Source: Alphaproteobacteria bacterium (lineage in GTDB: Bacteria > Pseudomonadota > Alphaproteobacteria > UBA828). Taken from it: a DNA stretch of 64,000 bases. Numbering within the stretch: position 1 is the stretch's first letter; each line of letters starts with the position of its first letter. Location: positions 3,840,001 through 3,904,000 of the forward strand of contig CBDEFM010000002.1 of NCBI GenBank assembly GCA_965237415.1, given 5' to 3'. The notes under the pieces were generated by a model. The model saw nothing but the letters and a program-made list of their open reading frames with translations, did not search any database and was not told the origin of the DNA. The position numbers were made by a program, and so were the translations under genes. This document shows, one piece after another, positions 19,247 to 29,780 of the stretch.

Positions 19247-21529
19247 ATGACGGTCGATCGTTTCAGCGAGCTGGTGGTGGCCCGTCGATGGTTGGTCATC
19301 CTGGCGGCCGTCGTCGCGGTTCTCGCCTTGGCGTACGGTGGCCGATTTCTGTCATTCCACGCCGACACCCGAGAATTTTTCTCGCAAGACAATCCACTGG
19401 TGGTGGCCCTGGAGGCCTACGAAAACACTTACGTGAAGGACGACCATCTGATGTTCGTGCTCGCGCCGAAGGACGGCAACGTCTTTACGCGCGAAGTGCT
19501 GGCAGCGGTCGAGGAACTGACCGAGGCATCCTGGCAAATCCCCTATTCCAGCCGCATCAATTCGCTGACCAATTTCCAACAAATCGAGGCCGAAGGCGAC
19601 GATCTACGGGTTTTCCCCCTGGTGGAGGACGCTTCATCGCTGAGCGAAGGCGACATTGAGCGCATTCGGCAAATAGCGCTCGCCTCTCCACAACTGTCCG
19701 GCCGCCTGCTGAGCAAAGACGGTGCGGTGACCGCCGTTTTTGTCGCATTGCCCGGCAAACCGAGCGGCGACGTAGAGACTGCGTTACAGATTGCGGCCTA
19801 TGCACGCGAACTGGCGGCTACTCTCGAGCAACGACACCCTCTTATCGACCTGCATGTCACCGGCTCCGTCATGTTCGACGCGGCCTTCGTGGAGGTGCCT
19901 CAGCGGGAAATGCAATACATGGTCCCGCTGATGCTCCTCTTGCTCTTGCTGGCCGTCGGACTGGGATTACGCACCCTGTGGGGGGCGATTGGCACGCTCC
20001 TGGTCATTCTGATGTCGGTTGTCGCCGCTCTCGGCGCCATCGGCTGGGCCGGCGTCGTGCTCAAGGCCGGTAACATTAGCGCGATAATCGTCATCATGAC
20101 CCTGTCGGTTGCGCACTGCGTTCACGTCATTTCTACCATGCAGCTGGTCCGGCGGGACGGCGCCAGCCGGCACCGATCGATCACCGACTCGCTGCGGATT
20201 AACATGTCGCCGATGTTCATCACCAGTGCGACTACGGCAATCGGCTTCCTATCGTTGAACTTTTCCGACAGTCCGCCGTTCAGAATGCTCGGCAATATAA
20301 CCGCTACTGGCGTCATGATTGCGCTTGTCTTGTCGCTGACCTTTCTGCCGGCATACCTGGCCCTTACGCCAAGCCGCATCCTCCCCGGGCAGGCGCGCAG
20401 CCGCTTGGTCATGGAAGCATTCGCGGAGTTTCTGCTCGCCCACAGGCGCCGTGTATTCTTGATAACCGCCTCGGTCATCGCCGTGCTCGTCATCGGTATA
20501 GAACGGATCACTCTCGACGATAATTTCAACACCTATTTTGGTGAGAGATTCGAGGTTCGCAAGGCCGGAGACTTCGCGGAGAGCAACCTGATTGGATCCA
20601 ATTACCTGGCGTATTCTCTACCGGCCGGCAGCAGCAGCGCCATCGCCGAACCTGGCTACCTCGCTGGTTTGGAAAAACTCGCTATATGGTTCCGCCGCCA
20701 GCCGGAAGTTAAGCATGTCTCGACATTCAGCGATATCATGAAGATGCTGAATCGAAAGTTGAATGGCGACACTACCGAGCAGTACCGGCTACCCGAAAAC
20801 CGGGAAGTCGCGGCACAGTACATGTTGCTGTACGAGCTCTCCCTGCCGCAGGGATTCGACCTGAACGATCGCGTCGATATTGCAAAATCGTCGACCCGGT
20901 TTACAGTTTCTGTTAAGAACATTTCTTCGGTTGAGTTGCAGAAGTTGGCTGGGCGTGCCCAAGCCTGGATGTCGGCCAACACACCCTCGTTGCGCAGCCC
21001 CGCCACCGGCATCACCATCGTTTACGCCAATTTGGCGGAACGCAATATCCGCGCAATGTTGCTCGGAAATATTATCGCTTTGACCCTGATATCGTTCGTT
21101 CTCATTTTCGCGCTCAGAAGCCTGAAAATGGGTCTGATCAGTCTCGTCCCGAACTTGATTCCCGCCGCCATCGCCTTCGGGATGTGGGGCTATATCAACG
21201 GCGAGGTCGGCTTGGCAATCTCCGTCGTGATGACGATGACGCTCGGAATTGTTGTTGACGATACGGTGCATTTCCTGAGCAAGTATCTGCGCGCGCGCCG
21301 TGAGCACCATATGTCTTCATCCATGGCGTGCCTGTTCGCTTTCGGCACAGTCGGCCCGGCACTCTGGATCACGTCGTTGGCGTTGTTTGCCGGCTTCTGT
21401 GTGCTGGGATTGTCCGGGTTCAAGCTCAATTCGGAGATGGGGCTGTTGAACGCCGCCGTGATCGCCGTTGCGCTCCTGGCCGATTTTCTCTTTCTGCCGC
21501 CGCTCCTGATGTGGCTGGACCGAAAGTGA
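19247..21529 (+). CDS. MMPL/RND-superfamily transporter
   Basis: Two TM-loop-5TM halves; TSATTAIGFLSL, LGIVVDDTVHF, ADFLFLPPLL. Confidence 0.92.
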   Translation: MTVDRFSELVVARRWLVILAAVVAVLALAYGGRFLSFHADTREFFSQDNPLVVALEAYENTYVKDDHLMFVLAPKDGNVFTREVLAAVEELTEASWQIPYSSRINSLTNFQQIEAEGDDLRVFPLVEDASSLSEGDIERIRQIALASPQLSGRLLSKDGAVTAVFVALPGKPSGDVETALQIAAYARELAATLEQRHPLIDLHVTGSVMFDAAFVEVPQREMQYMVPLMLLLLLLAVGLGLRTLWGAIGTLLVILMSVVAALGAIGWAGVVLKAGNISAIIVIMTLSVAHCVHVISTMQLVRRDGASRHRSITDSLRINMSPMFITSATTAIGFLSLNFSDSPPFRMLGNITATGVMIALVLSLTFLPAYLALTPSRILPGQARSRLVMEAFAEFLLAHRRRVFLITASVIAVLVIGIERITLDDNFNTYFGERFEVRKAGDFAESNLIGSNYLAYSLPAGSSSAIAEPGYLAGLEKLAIWFRRQPEVKHVSTFSDIMKMLNRKLNGDTTEQYRLPENREVAAQYMLLYELSLPQGFDLNDRVDIAKSSTRFTVSVKNISSVELQKLAGRAQAWMSANTPSLRSPATGITIVYANLAERNIRAMLLGNIIALTLISFVLIFALRSLKMGLISLVPNLIPAAIAFGMWGYINGEVGLAISVVMTMTLGIVVDDTVHFLSKYLRARREHHMSSSMACLFAFGTVGPALWITSLALFAGFCVLGLSGFKLNSEMGLLNAAVIAVALLADFLFLPPLLMWLDRK

Positions 21530-21599
21530 TCCGGCGTGGCAGCTGTACCTGCGTGTCAAACGGTGTTCCGCGGAGATCCTCAATGTAAGGACACAAGCC

Positions 21600-22247
21600 A
21601 TGCTGCCATTGGCTGAACAAATGCTTGTACTGTTGCTCGACGAAGAACGTGAGGAATTTCTATCCATAGGAAAATATTCCCTGGCGCGCGCCTTGATCGG
21701 TGCCGTTCTGATGGATTTGGCATTTGCCAATCGTATCGACACGGATACCGAGAGCTTGATGGTTTTGGATCGTACACCGACCGGCAATCCCCTGATGGAT
21801 AGTGTGCTGGAGCGGATCGTAGGCAGCGAAACGACAGAGTCCGCCAGCGCCTGGATCGAGATCCTGTCCGAGGAGGAGGCCGACAGGATTCGCGAGCGCG
21901 CGTTGAACGGTCTGGTGGAGAGCGGAATTCTGGAAGTCCGGGAAAAGACGAAGCTGTTGGTTTTTCCGTCTCGGCGCTACGTGATGATAGATAGAACGAG
22001 CGGCCGCGACGCAAAATTGCGCATCATGAACGTCCTGTTTTCCGACCTGATTCCCGACCCACGGGACGTTGCGCTGGTCTGTCTCGTCGATGCTTGCGGC
22101 ATCCTGCGCACTGTCTTCGAAGCCCGGGAAATCGAGCGGGTCATGCCCCGCATCGAGCTAATCCGGAAGATGGATTTGATCGGGCGGGAGATGAACGCAC
22201 AACTCGCCGTGTGGAAACTGGGATACAAGAGACCGGCCGATCCATAA
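21600..22247 (+). CDS. GPP34 (GOLPH3/Vps74-like) family protein
   Basis: LAEQMLVLLLD..GAVLMDLA..RID..TGNPLMD..LVESGIL..PDPRDVAL. Confidence 0.85.
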   Translation: MLPLAEQMLVLLLDEEREEFLSIGKYSLARALIGAVLMDLAFANRIDTDTESLMVLDRTPTGNPLMDSVLERIVGSETTESASAWIEILSEEEADRIRERALNGLVESGILEVREKTKLLVFPSRRYVMIDRTSGRDAKLRIMNVLFSDLIPDPRDVALVCLVDACGILRTVFEAREIERVMPRIELIRKMDLIGREMNAQLAVWKLGYKRPADP

Positions 22248-22346
22248 CCCGACGGCGTCAACGGCTTCCGAACGCTTCTGCCGATAGGAAAACTCCGTGG
22301 TGTCGTGGAGAACTAGCATCGGTCCATCGGTGGCCGGAGCCGGCAC
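22245..22346 (-). pseudogene. IS4/IS50(Tn5)-like transposase remnant
   Basis: GPMLVLHDTTEFSY matches the first catalytic Asp motif (LxxxDTT) of Tn5-like transposases. Confidence 0.7.
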
Positions 22347-22359
22347 GAGGTTTTCCTAG

Positions 22360-23924
22360 CAGTCTGTCGGGCTTTGGGTCATCGATTGAGTATGAATTTG
22401 TCGCCGGTGGTTTTGGCGTCGGGCTGAGTTGGCGCTGGTTCCTTCCCGATAGAGGCGGTTTGCCGGTTCTGCGGCGGATCGCGGCGTGGGGGCGCTTGCT
22501 CTGTCACGACCTGCTCCGCCGAGGCGCCTCATGTCGCCAGGCTCAGCTTGTGCAAGCGCTTGCAGTTGTAGGCGAGAGCCACCAGGGTCCACTCGCCCTC
22601 GACCTTCTCGAGGCCGCGCAGCGAGAACCCGGCGAAGCCGAGCACCGCCTTGATGACGCCGAAGACCGGTTCGACGGTCTGCCGGCGAAGCTTGTAGAGG
22701 GCACGGCCCTCTTCGCTCGCGAGCTTCTCCGCCATCGCCTTCAACCAGTCGGCCTTGGGCTCCCGTGCCGCCGGGAGAGCCTTCGCCGGGCGGAAGTCGT
22801 GTGTCCGCCGACGGCCTTCCGCCGAGGGCGACACCAACGCCTCGATGCCGCCCGCCTCGAGCGCCGCCACCTCCGCACCGTTGGCATAGCCGTTGTCCGC
22901 GAGCACCGTCTCCGGCCGGCCCAGCACCGAAGGGATCGCCTCGATGTCCGCCACCAGCTCGTTGCGGTCGCTGGCGCATTGGCTGACCCGCGCGCCCACG
23001 ATCAACTGACTGCCGCCGGCATCCACCGCCGCCTGCGCGTTGTAGGCCTGGCGATACTCATGGTGCTTGCTCTTGCGCATCAGCCGGCTGTCCGGGTCGC
23101 TCAGATTGCTCTGCGCGTCCGCAGCCGGCGTCTCGGCCGGCGGCTTCGGATGCTTGCCCTTGGCACGACCACGGCGCTTCTCCCGCGCCGCCACCTTGGC
23201 CTCGTAGGCCTCGCGCTCCGCTGCCGCCCGCGCTTGCGCCTGCGCCTCCAGACGGCGACGGGCCGCATCGAGCTTGTCGCGCAAGGCCTCGCGGCGGGCA
23301 ATCTCCTTCGGCAAGGCCTGAGGATCGTCCTCGCCAGCCGCGTCTGCCGCCTCCGCCCGGCCCAGCAACGCCGCGATCTCGCCTTCCAGTTGGGCGATCA
23401 ACGCGCCCGCGCGCTCGTACCTCACCGAGCGATGCTTGCTGGCGTTGGCCTTGAACTTGGAGCCGTCGACGCTCACCAGGCCCACGCGCAACAGCTTCAA
23501 CTCCTTGGCCAGAAGCAGAACCTGCAAGAAGCTCTCCGACACCGCAGCGAAGTTCTCCCGCCGGAAGCGCGCGATCGTGTCGTGGTCGGGGTGACGGTTC
23601 GCCGCGACGAAGCGAACCCCGATATCGCGGTGCGTCGCCCGCTCGATCCGACGGCTGGAGAAGATCCCGTTGGCGTAGCAGTAGATCATCAGCGCCAGCA
23701 TCATCCGGGGGTGATACTGCGCCGAGCCCGTGCCGCGATGGTTCACCTTGAAGGCGCCCAGATCGACACGCTCCACCGCCTCGATCACGAAGTGCCCCAA
23801 ATCATCCGCCGGGAGCCAGTCCCGCAGATCGGGAGGAAGCAGAAACGCCTGCTCCCGATCACACTCGACAAAGTTGCTCATCGCGCGATTATAAGAGAAA
23901 TCCAGCCCAAAGTCGGACAGACTG
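22360..23924 (-). mobile_element. IS1182-family element B, copy 2
   Basis: Near-identical to 17481-19045 with a few substitutions (e.g. VESEW vs VEGEW); CTAG flanks. Confidence 0.93.
22529..23881 (-). CDS. IS1182-family transposase
   Basis: Same protein as 17650-19002. Confidence 0.95.
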   Translation of the reverse strand: MSNFVECDREQAFLLPPDLRDWLPADDLGHFVIEAVERVDLGAFKVNHRGTGSAQYHPRMMLALMIYCYANGIFSSRRIERATHRDIGVRFVAANRHPDHDTIARFRRENFAAVSESFLQVLLLAKELKLLRVGLVSVDGSKFKANASKHRSVRYERAGALIAQLEGEIAALLGRAEAADAAGEDDPQALPKEIARREALRDKLDAARRRLEAQAQARAAAEREAYEAKVAAREKRRGRAKGKHPKPPAETPAADAQSNLSDPDSRLMRKSKHHEYRQAYNAQAAVDAGGSQLIVGARVSQCASDRNELVADIEAIPSVLGRPETVLADNGYANGAEVAALEAGGIEALVSPSAEGRRRTHDFRPAKALPAAREPKADWLKAMAEKLASEEGRALYKLRRQTVEPVFGVIKAVLGFAGFSLRGLEKVEGEWTLVALAYNCKRLHKLSLAT

Positions 23925-24506
23925 CTAGGCCCGGCCGGCTACGCCCGAGAGATTGCCGGGGTCGATCCCGAGCCGGCCGACGGCGAGCTCCCACTTGCCG
24001 TCCTGAGCCTCGTCGAAGACCAGCTCCTCGTCGGCGGGCACGGTGAGCCAGCCGTTCTCCTGAATCTCGCGGTCGAGCTGGCCCGCCGCCCAGCCTGCGT
24101 AGCCCAGCGCCAGCATGCTGAGGCGCGGGCCGCGGCCCTCGGCCATGGCCTTCAGCACGTCGATGGTGGCCGTGAGCGCGAAGCCGTCGTCGACCTGCAT
24201 CGTGGCCTCGTGGGTGTAGTCGGTGGAATGGAGGACGAAGCCCCGCGCGGCCTCGACGGGGCCGCCGAAATGCACCCGGATGCGCTCGTCCACGCTCGCA
24301 GCCTCGATGTCGAGCTGCTCGATAAGGTCGGAGAAACTGAGCGATTCGAGGAGCTTGTTGACGACGAGGCCCATCGCGCCGTCGTCGGAGTGGGCGCACA
24401 TGTAGATGACGCTCCGGGCAAAGCGCGGGTCCGCCATCGTCGGCATGGCGACGAGCAACTGCCCCTCCAGGTAGGGCCCCGATCCGTGTTCGCCGCCAGA
24501 GTCCAT
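23925..24506 (-). CDS. YqgE/AlgH family protein
   Basis: LLVAMP..DPRFARSVIY..GGPVE..RGFVLH..GYAGW..GQLDREI..WL; start approximate. Confidence 0.95.
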   Translation of the reverse strand: MDSGGEHGSGPYLEGQLLVAMPTMADPRFARSVIYMCAHSDDGAMGLVVNKLLESLSFSDLIEQLDIEAASVDERIRVHFGGPVEAARGFVLHSTDYTHEATMQVDDGFALTATIDVLKAMAEGRGPRLSMLALGYAGWAAGQLDREIQENGWLTVPADEELVFDEAQDGKWELAVGRLGIDPGNLSGVAGRA

Positions 24507-24719
24507 CGCGCCCAATCCGCCTTGCTCGCCCCGATCATCGCAAAGCGCCGCAGGGGTTACAACCGCGCGTCACTGCGGCACGGCATCGGCAAGGAAACGC
24601 CCCGCCCGGTTGCCCGGACGGGGCGTCGGTATCGACTTGGAGGAACGAGGCTGCGGCGCCTTAGCCGCAGTCCCGACCTACCGAGCGCCCGATCAGCGAG
24701 CGCTTTTCTCCACGCTCGA

Positions 24720-25937
24720 TCAGCGGGCGATGTACTCGTAGCGCTTGCCGAACAGCACATCCATCGGCACCGGCTCCGAGATGGTCCAGGAGTCGACGAC
24801 CGCCGGCTGGTTGTTGGTGGTCTCCACGATCAGATACGGCGCAAAGTTCTGATGGTGGAGCTGGTCCGTGAAGGTGCGGGTACCGACCAGCACCGGCTCC
24901 TCGCGGTAGCTCTCCAGCACCTCGACGACGGCGTCGGAGTCGAAGGTGCCGGCCTTCTCGACCGCCTTCGCCCACATCTCGAAGACCACGTAGCCGGGGA
25001 AGGCGTACTGGTTGTTCACCGGCTCGCCGAACTTGGCCTCGTACTTCTTGAGGAACTCCTGCACCGCCGGGCGCGGATCGTCGCCGTAGATCGACGCCTG
25101 CTCCGGCACGAAGTGGCCGGAGAGACCGGGCACCGATTTCTGCCAGTAGACGCCGGTCATCGAGCTGCCACCACCGATGGGCGAGTTAACGCCAGCGGCG
25201 CGGATCTGCTTGATCGCGCTCGCCCCGCCGGGGATGTAGCTGCAGTTCTCGATGATGTCGGGCTCCTCGGGCAGCGCCCTGATGCGGTCGACCTGTGCCT
25301 GGATGCTGGGATCCTCGTTCTGGTACACGTCGTGGCCGACGACCTCGCCGCCGAGCACTTCGCGCCACATCCAATCGAAGCCGTAGCAGATGCCCTTGTT
25401 GTACTCGAGCACGTCGTCGAGCAGGAGGTAGGCCGTCCGCCAGCCCTTCACCTTGTAGCCCCACTCGGCGATCGTGGCACCCTGCACCGCGGCGAGGATC
25501 GAGCTTGAGAAGGAGTACTTGCCGATCCCCTGGATGCCGGCGAGCACGCTCTCGGCACACAGGAAGATCGAGATGATTCCGGCGTTCTGCGCCTGCAGCG
25601 CAGCCGGCGCGCCGTAATCGTAGTCGCAGTCCACCGCGATGGCGACGGCGCCGTCGTTGATCACCGAAATCCCGGCCTTGGCACCCTCGGCTCGGTCGGT
25701 CTTGCCGTCCGCGAAGACCGGCCTGATCTGCTTGCCCAGGAGGCCCCCCTTGGCGTTCCAATCGTCGATTGCGATCAGCGCGGCGTTGGTCGACGGCCCG
25801 CTGTAGGCCTGCATCCAGCCGGAGTAGGACGCTGCGAACCCGAACACCACCTCGTGGTCGTCCGCCACCGCCGGCGCTGCCGATGCCATGCCCAGCGCCA
25901 GCGCGCCGGCCGCGGCTAGTGACACGAATCTCTTCAT
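24720..25937 (-). CDS. Branched-chain amino acid-type ABC transporter substrate-binding protein
   Basis: Signal peptide; NAKGGLLGKQI LivJ-like motif. Confidence 0.9.
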   Translation of the reverse strand: MKRFVSLAAAGALALGMASAAPAVADDHEVVFGFAASYSGWMQAYSGPSTNAALIAIDDWNAKGGLLGKQIRPVFADGKTDRAEGAKAGISVINDGAVAIAVDCDYDYGAPAALQAQNAGIISIFLCAESVLAGIQGIGKYSFSSSILAAVQGATIAEWGYKVKGWRTAYLLLDDVLEYNKGICYGFDWMWREVLGGEVVGHDVYQNEDPSIQAQVDRIRALPEEPDIIENCSYIPGGASAIKQIRAAGVNSPIGGGSSMTGVYWQKSVPGLSGHFVPEQASIYGDDPRPAVQEFLKKYEAKFGEPVNNQYAFPGYVVFEMWAKAVEKAGTFDSDAVVEVLESYREEPVLVGTRTFTDQLHHQNFAPYLIVETTNNQPAVVDSWTISEPVPMDVLFGKRYEYIAR

Positions 25938-26214
25938 TCGACTGATCTCCCCTTGCAGTCCCAATGGCGAATGCAGACGCCCGGTCAAACTGAGAGCGCC
26001 CTCCGATGACGCATTGTCGCCGCGGGGCCGTCATTTGCAAGCCCGATTGAACTGCGGACCGCAGGCATGATCGAGCAGACGCGACGAATTCCCCGTTGAT
26101 TCGCACTCCCGCGTTCGGTAGCTAACGGGGGTACTGCGGCTGTGCGGGTTCCCGCGCGGCCGTGTCGTCACTTCGGTGGCGAGCGAAACGGGGTCGAGCG
26201 GCGGAGGGTAGCAG

Positions 26215-26997
26215 GTGTCACAGGACGCCGGATCCGAGGCGAAGGGGCAGAATGGCGCGTCGTCTGAAGCGCGCCAGAACGGCGCGACGCTGGAGGCGCG
26301 CGCGGTAACCGTCCGCTTCGAGGGCTTGACGGCGGTGGACAGTGTCGACGAGACGCTGCACCAGGGCGAGATCCTGGGCCTGATCGGCCCCAACGGCGCC
26401 GGCAAGACAACCCTCGTCAACGCCATGACCGGCTTTCAGGTCCCGGCCGCAGGCGAAGTTCTGCTCGGCGGCAAGGTGATCTCGAGATTGACGCCCCACT
26501 GGATCAGGCGCCACGGCGTGGCGCGCACCTTCCAGGCCGGGCGTCTCTTCCGCGACATGCCGGTGAGCGAGAATGTCGAGGTTGCCGCGGTGAGCCTCGG
26601 TCTCTCGCGCCGCAAGGCGCACGTGCAGGCGATGGAGATCCTGGAGTGGATCGGGCTTGCCGATCAGGCGTCCGACCCTGCCGGCTTGCTGCCCTATACC
26701 GACGAGCGCCGGGTCGGGATTGCGCGGGCGCTAGCGATGAACCCGGCCTTCGTCCTATTGGACGAGCCGGCGGCCGGCATGTCCGACCTCGAATGCGACG
26801 ACGTGATGCACCTGGTGCGCGAGATTCCGGGGCGCTTCGGCTGCGGGGTGCTCCTGATCGAGCACAACATGCGCGTGATCATGGGCGTCTGCGAGCGAAT
26901 CCACGTGCTCGACAGCGGCCGCACCATCGCCCGCGGCACGCCCGCCGAAGTGCAGAGCAACGAGGCGGTCATTGCCGCCTATCTCGGCCACGAGTGA
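26215..26997 (+). CDS. ABC transporter ATP-binding protein (LivG-like)
   Basis: GPNGAGKTT, ARTFQ, LLDEPAAG, IEHNM, AYLG. Confidence 0.93.
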   Translation: MSQDAGSEAKGQNGASSEARQNGATLEARAVTVRFEGLTAVDSVDETLHQGEILGLIGPNGAGKTTLVNAMTGFQVPAAGEVLLGGKVISRLTPHWIRRHGVARTFQAGRLFRDMPVSENVEVAAVSLGLSRRKAHVQAMEILEWIGLADQASDPAGLLPYTDERRVGIARALAMNPAFVLLDEPAAGMSDLECDDVMHLVREIPGRFGCGVLLIEHNMRVIMGVCERIHVLDSGRTIARGTPAEVQSNEAVIAAYLGHE

Positions 26998-27002
26998 CGC
27001 GA

Positions 27003-27749
27003 ATGCTGCTCTCGGTCGAGGACATCCATGTGCACTACGGCAGAGTGCCTGCGGTGCGGGGCGTTTCCATCGGTGTTGGCGAGGGCGAGATCGTCTGCGT
27101 GGTCGGCCCCAACGGCGCCGGCAAGTCGACGACGTTGCTCACCATCTCCGGCGTGTTGCGGCCGACCAGAGGCACGATCGCCTTCGACGGCAGCTCGATC
27201 GCGGGCCTCACGCCCGAGGCGGTCGCACGCCGCGGCATCTCCCAGGTGCCGGAGGGACGGCACGTCTTCACCACGCTCAGCGTCGAGGAGAACCTGCGGC
27301 TCGGCACGCGGATGCGGCGCGACCGGGGCCAGATCGAGGCCGACTTCAAGCGGGTGCTGGATCTCTTCCCGGTGCTGGCGGAGCGCCGCAGGGGTGCGGC
27401 GGGCAAGCTTTCGGGCGGTGAGCAGCAAATGCTGGTGATCGGCCGGGCGCTGCTCACGAATCCGCGCATCATGACCATCGACGAACCCTCCCTCGGGCTC
27501 GCACCGAACCTGGTGGACCGGGTCTACGAGGTTCTGCTCGAGCTCAGGGAATCGCGGGGGCTGACGCTTCTCATCGTCGAGCAGAGCTCGGAGCGCGCGC
27601 TCAGGGCGGCGGACCGCATCTACGTGTTGCGCAGCGGCGAGATCCAACTCGAAGGCGATGCCGCGGACCTGCAGGACGGCGAGAAGGTCCGCCAAGCCTA
27701 CTTCGGTTTCACCGAGGGGGTGGAGCACATCGGCGAGGCGGCATTCTGA
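27003..27749 (+). CDS. ABC transporter ATP-binding protein (LivF-like)
   Basis: GPNGAGKST, VPEGR, LSGGEQQML, DEPSLGLAP. Confidence 0.93.
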   Translation: MLLSVEDIHVHYGRVPAVRGVSIGVGEGEIVCVVGPNGAGKSTTLLTISGVLRPTRGTIAFDGSSIAGLTPEAVARRGISQVPEGRHVFTTLSVEENLRLGTRMRRDRGQIEADFKRVLDLFPVLAERRRGAAGKLSGGEQQMLVIGRALLTNPRIMTIDEPSLGLAPNLVDRVYEVLLELRESRGLTLLIVEQSSERALRAADRIYVLRSGEIQLEGDAADLQDGEKVRQAYFGFTEGVEHIGEAAF

Positions 27750-28666
27750 TGGAAATCGTCGTCCAGACGATCATCTCCAGCCTGAGCCTGGGCAGTTTCT
27801 ACGCCCTCGGCGCGCTCGGCATCGGGCTGCTCTTCGGGGTTCTCAGGCTGATCAACTTCGCCCACGGCGACTTCATCGCCGTGGGCGGGTTCTCGCTCAT
27901 CGTGCCTGCGACGGCGGTGGTCGCGATCCCCCTGCTCCTGGACTTCCATCCGGTGCTGCTGATCATCTGCGTGGTCGGCGTGGTGATCGTGTGGGCGCTC
28001 GCCTCCTACTTCCTGCTCTTCAGGCACATCCAGACGGCACCTCCCGCCGTCCTCATGATCGCCTCGGTGGCGCTCAGCTTCTCGATCCAGAACCTGATCA
28101 TCATGATCTACAGCGGCCGGCCGAAGGCGGTGGGCCTCTGGCCGGAGCTTACCGGCGTGATCGAGCTTTCGGGCAAGCTTCAGGTGCCGATTCTTCAGCT
28201 GGTGATCGTGGCGGTAACCTGGATTCTCCTGATCCTGCTCACGCTCTTCCTGCGGCGGACGCCCATCGGGGTCGAGATGCGGGCGGCGGCGGAGGACTTC
28301 AGGATGGCGCGGATGCTCGGCGTCAACGCGACCCGGGTGATTGCGCTCGCCTTCGTCATCAGCGGCGCGCTCGCCGGCATCATGGCGCTCATGTACCACA
28401 CCCAGACCGGCATCCTGAACTTCCGCGGCGGTGTCTTCCTGATGCTCTACGCCTTCATCGCCACGGTAATCGGCGGCATGGGCAGCCTGATCGGTGCCGT
28501 GGTCGGCGGCTATGTGGTCGGCATCGTCTCGACGGTCCTGATCGCGGTCCTGCCCGAGGGCATGCGGGGCTTCCGCGACGCCTTCGTGTTCGGCCTCGTG
28601 GTGGTGATCCTGCTGGCTCGGCCTCAGGGGCTGGTGCCGACCAGGGCCTTCAAGGAGCGGGTGTGA
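27749..28666 (+). CDS. ABC transporter permease (LivH-like)
   Basis: INFAHG, IGGMGS, ARPQGL. Confidence 0.93.
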   Translation: MEIVVQTIISSLSLGSFYALGALGIGLLFGVLRLINFAHGDFIAVGGFSLIVPATAVVAIPLLLDFHPVLLIICVVGVVIVWALASYFLLFRHIQTAPPAVLMIASVALSFSIQNLIIMIYSGRPKAVGLWPELTGVIELSGKLQVPILQLVIVAVTWILLILLTLFLRRTPIGVEMRAAAEDFRMARMLGVNATRVIALAFVISGALAGIMALMYHTQTGILNFRGGVFLMLYAFIATVIGGMGSLIGAVVGGYVVGIVSTVLIAVLPEGMRGFRDAFVFGLVVVILLARPQGLVPTRAFKERV

Positions 28667-29730
28667 TGATCGGCGCCTCGACGCCGCTCATGAGGCGCAT
28701 CCGGGAATTCTGGCCGCTGGTCAATCTTTGCGTCGGTCTGCTCATCATCACCGCGATCGTCGTCGCGCTCGACGACAGGATCCTGGCCCGCACACTCACC
28801 GAGGGCATGATCCGCGTGGTCATCGTGGTGGCGCTCTACCTCTTCATCGGCAACTCCGGGATCATGTCCTTCGGCCATATCGGCTTCATGATGGTCGGCG
28901 CTTATGCCACGGGCTGGCAAACTTGCTGCCCGTACACCCGCGAAATGTTCATGCCGGGCTTGCCCGGATACCTGCTGAGCAACAGCCACCATTTCGTTCT
29001 GGCGATCTTCCTTGCCGGGCTGCTCAGCGCCTTCGTGGCCTTTGTCGCGGGAATTGCGCTGATGCGATTATCGGGCATCGCGGCGTCCATCGGCACCTTC
29101 GCCTTCCTGATGATCATCTACTCGGTCTACCTGCGCTGGAGCACCTGGACGTCGGGCGCGAGCTCCGTGATCGGCCTGCCGCAGACGACCACGCCCTGGG
29201 TCGCCTACGCCTATGCGGTCGTCACGATTCTTGGGGCTTTCCTCTATTCGCGCTCCAAATTCGGCCTCGCGCTCCGCGCGTCGCGGGACGACGAAGTTGC
29301 GGCGAAGGCCGCCGGAGTCAACGTCTTCAACCAGCGCCTGCTCGCCTTCGTCATCAGCGGCTTCTTCTGTGGCATGGCCGGCGGCCTCTTCGGCCACTTC
29401 CTCGGCATGCTCACGGTCGACACGTTCTTCCTCAACCTGACTCTCATCACGCTGGCCATGCTCGTGATCGGCGGGATGCAGAGCCTCTCCGGCGCGGTCG
29501 TCGGGGTCGTGGTGATGAGCGTGGTGATCGACTTCCTGAAAAATCTCGAGTCCGGCATGTTCGGCGACGACGGTTTCACGCTGCCGTCCAGCAGCACCTG
29601 GGTGGTGGTCGGTGTCGTCATGATGCTGATCATCATCTTCCGCCGCAGCGGAATCACCCGGAACGCCGAGCTCTACTGGCCCTTCAAGGGCGAAATCTCC
29701 GCCGAGGGCGCGCTGAAGCGCCAGTCCTGA
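28666..29730 (+). CDS. ABC transporter permease (LivM-like)
   Basis: SFGHIGF, RASRDDEVAA, IGGMQS. Confidence 0.92.
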   Translation: MIGASTPLMRRIREFWPLVNLCVGLLIITAIVVALDDRILARTLTEGMIRVVIVVALYLFIGNSGIMSFGHIGFMMVGAYATGWQTCCPYTREMFMPGLPGYLLSNSHHFVLAIFLAGLLSAFVAFVAGIALMRLSGIAASIGTFAFLMIIYSVYLRWSTWTSGASSVIGLPQTTTPWVAYAYAVVTILGAFLYSRSKFGLALRASRDDEVAAKAAGVNVFNQRLLAFVISGFFCGMAGGLFGHFLGMLTVDTFFLNLTLITLAMLVIGGMQSLSGAVVGVVVMSVVIDFLKNLESGMFGDDGFTLPSSSTWVVVGVVMMLIIIFRRSGITRNAELYWPFKGEISAEGALKRQS

Positions 29731-29780
29731 CCTCGCCCGCAGCCGGAATCGTTCCGGCGACGGGATAGAGCAGGAAAAGA

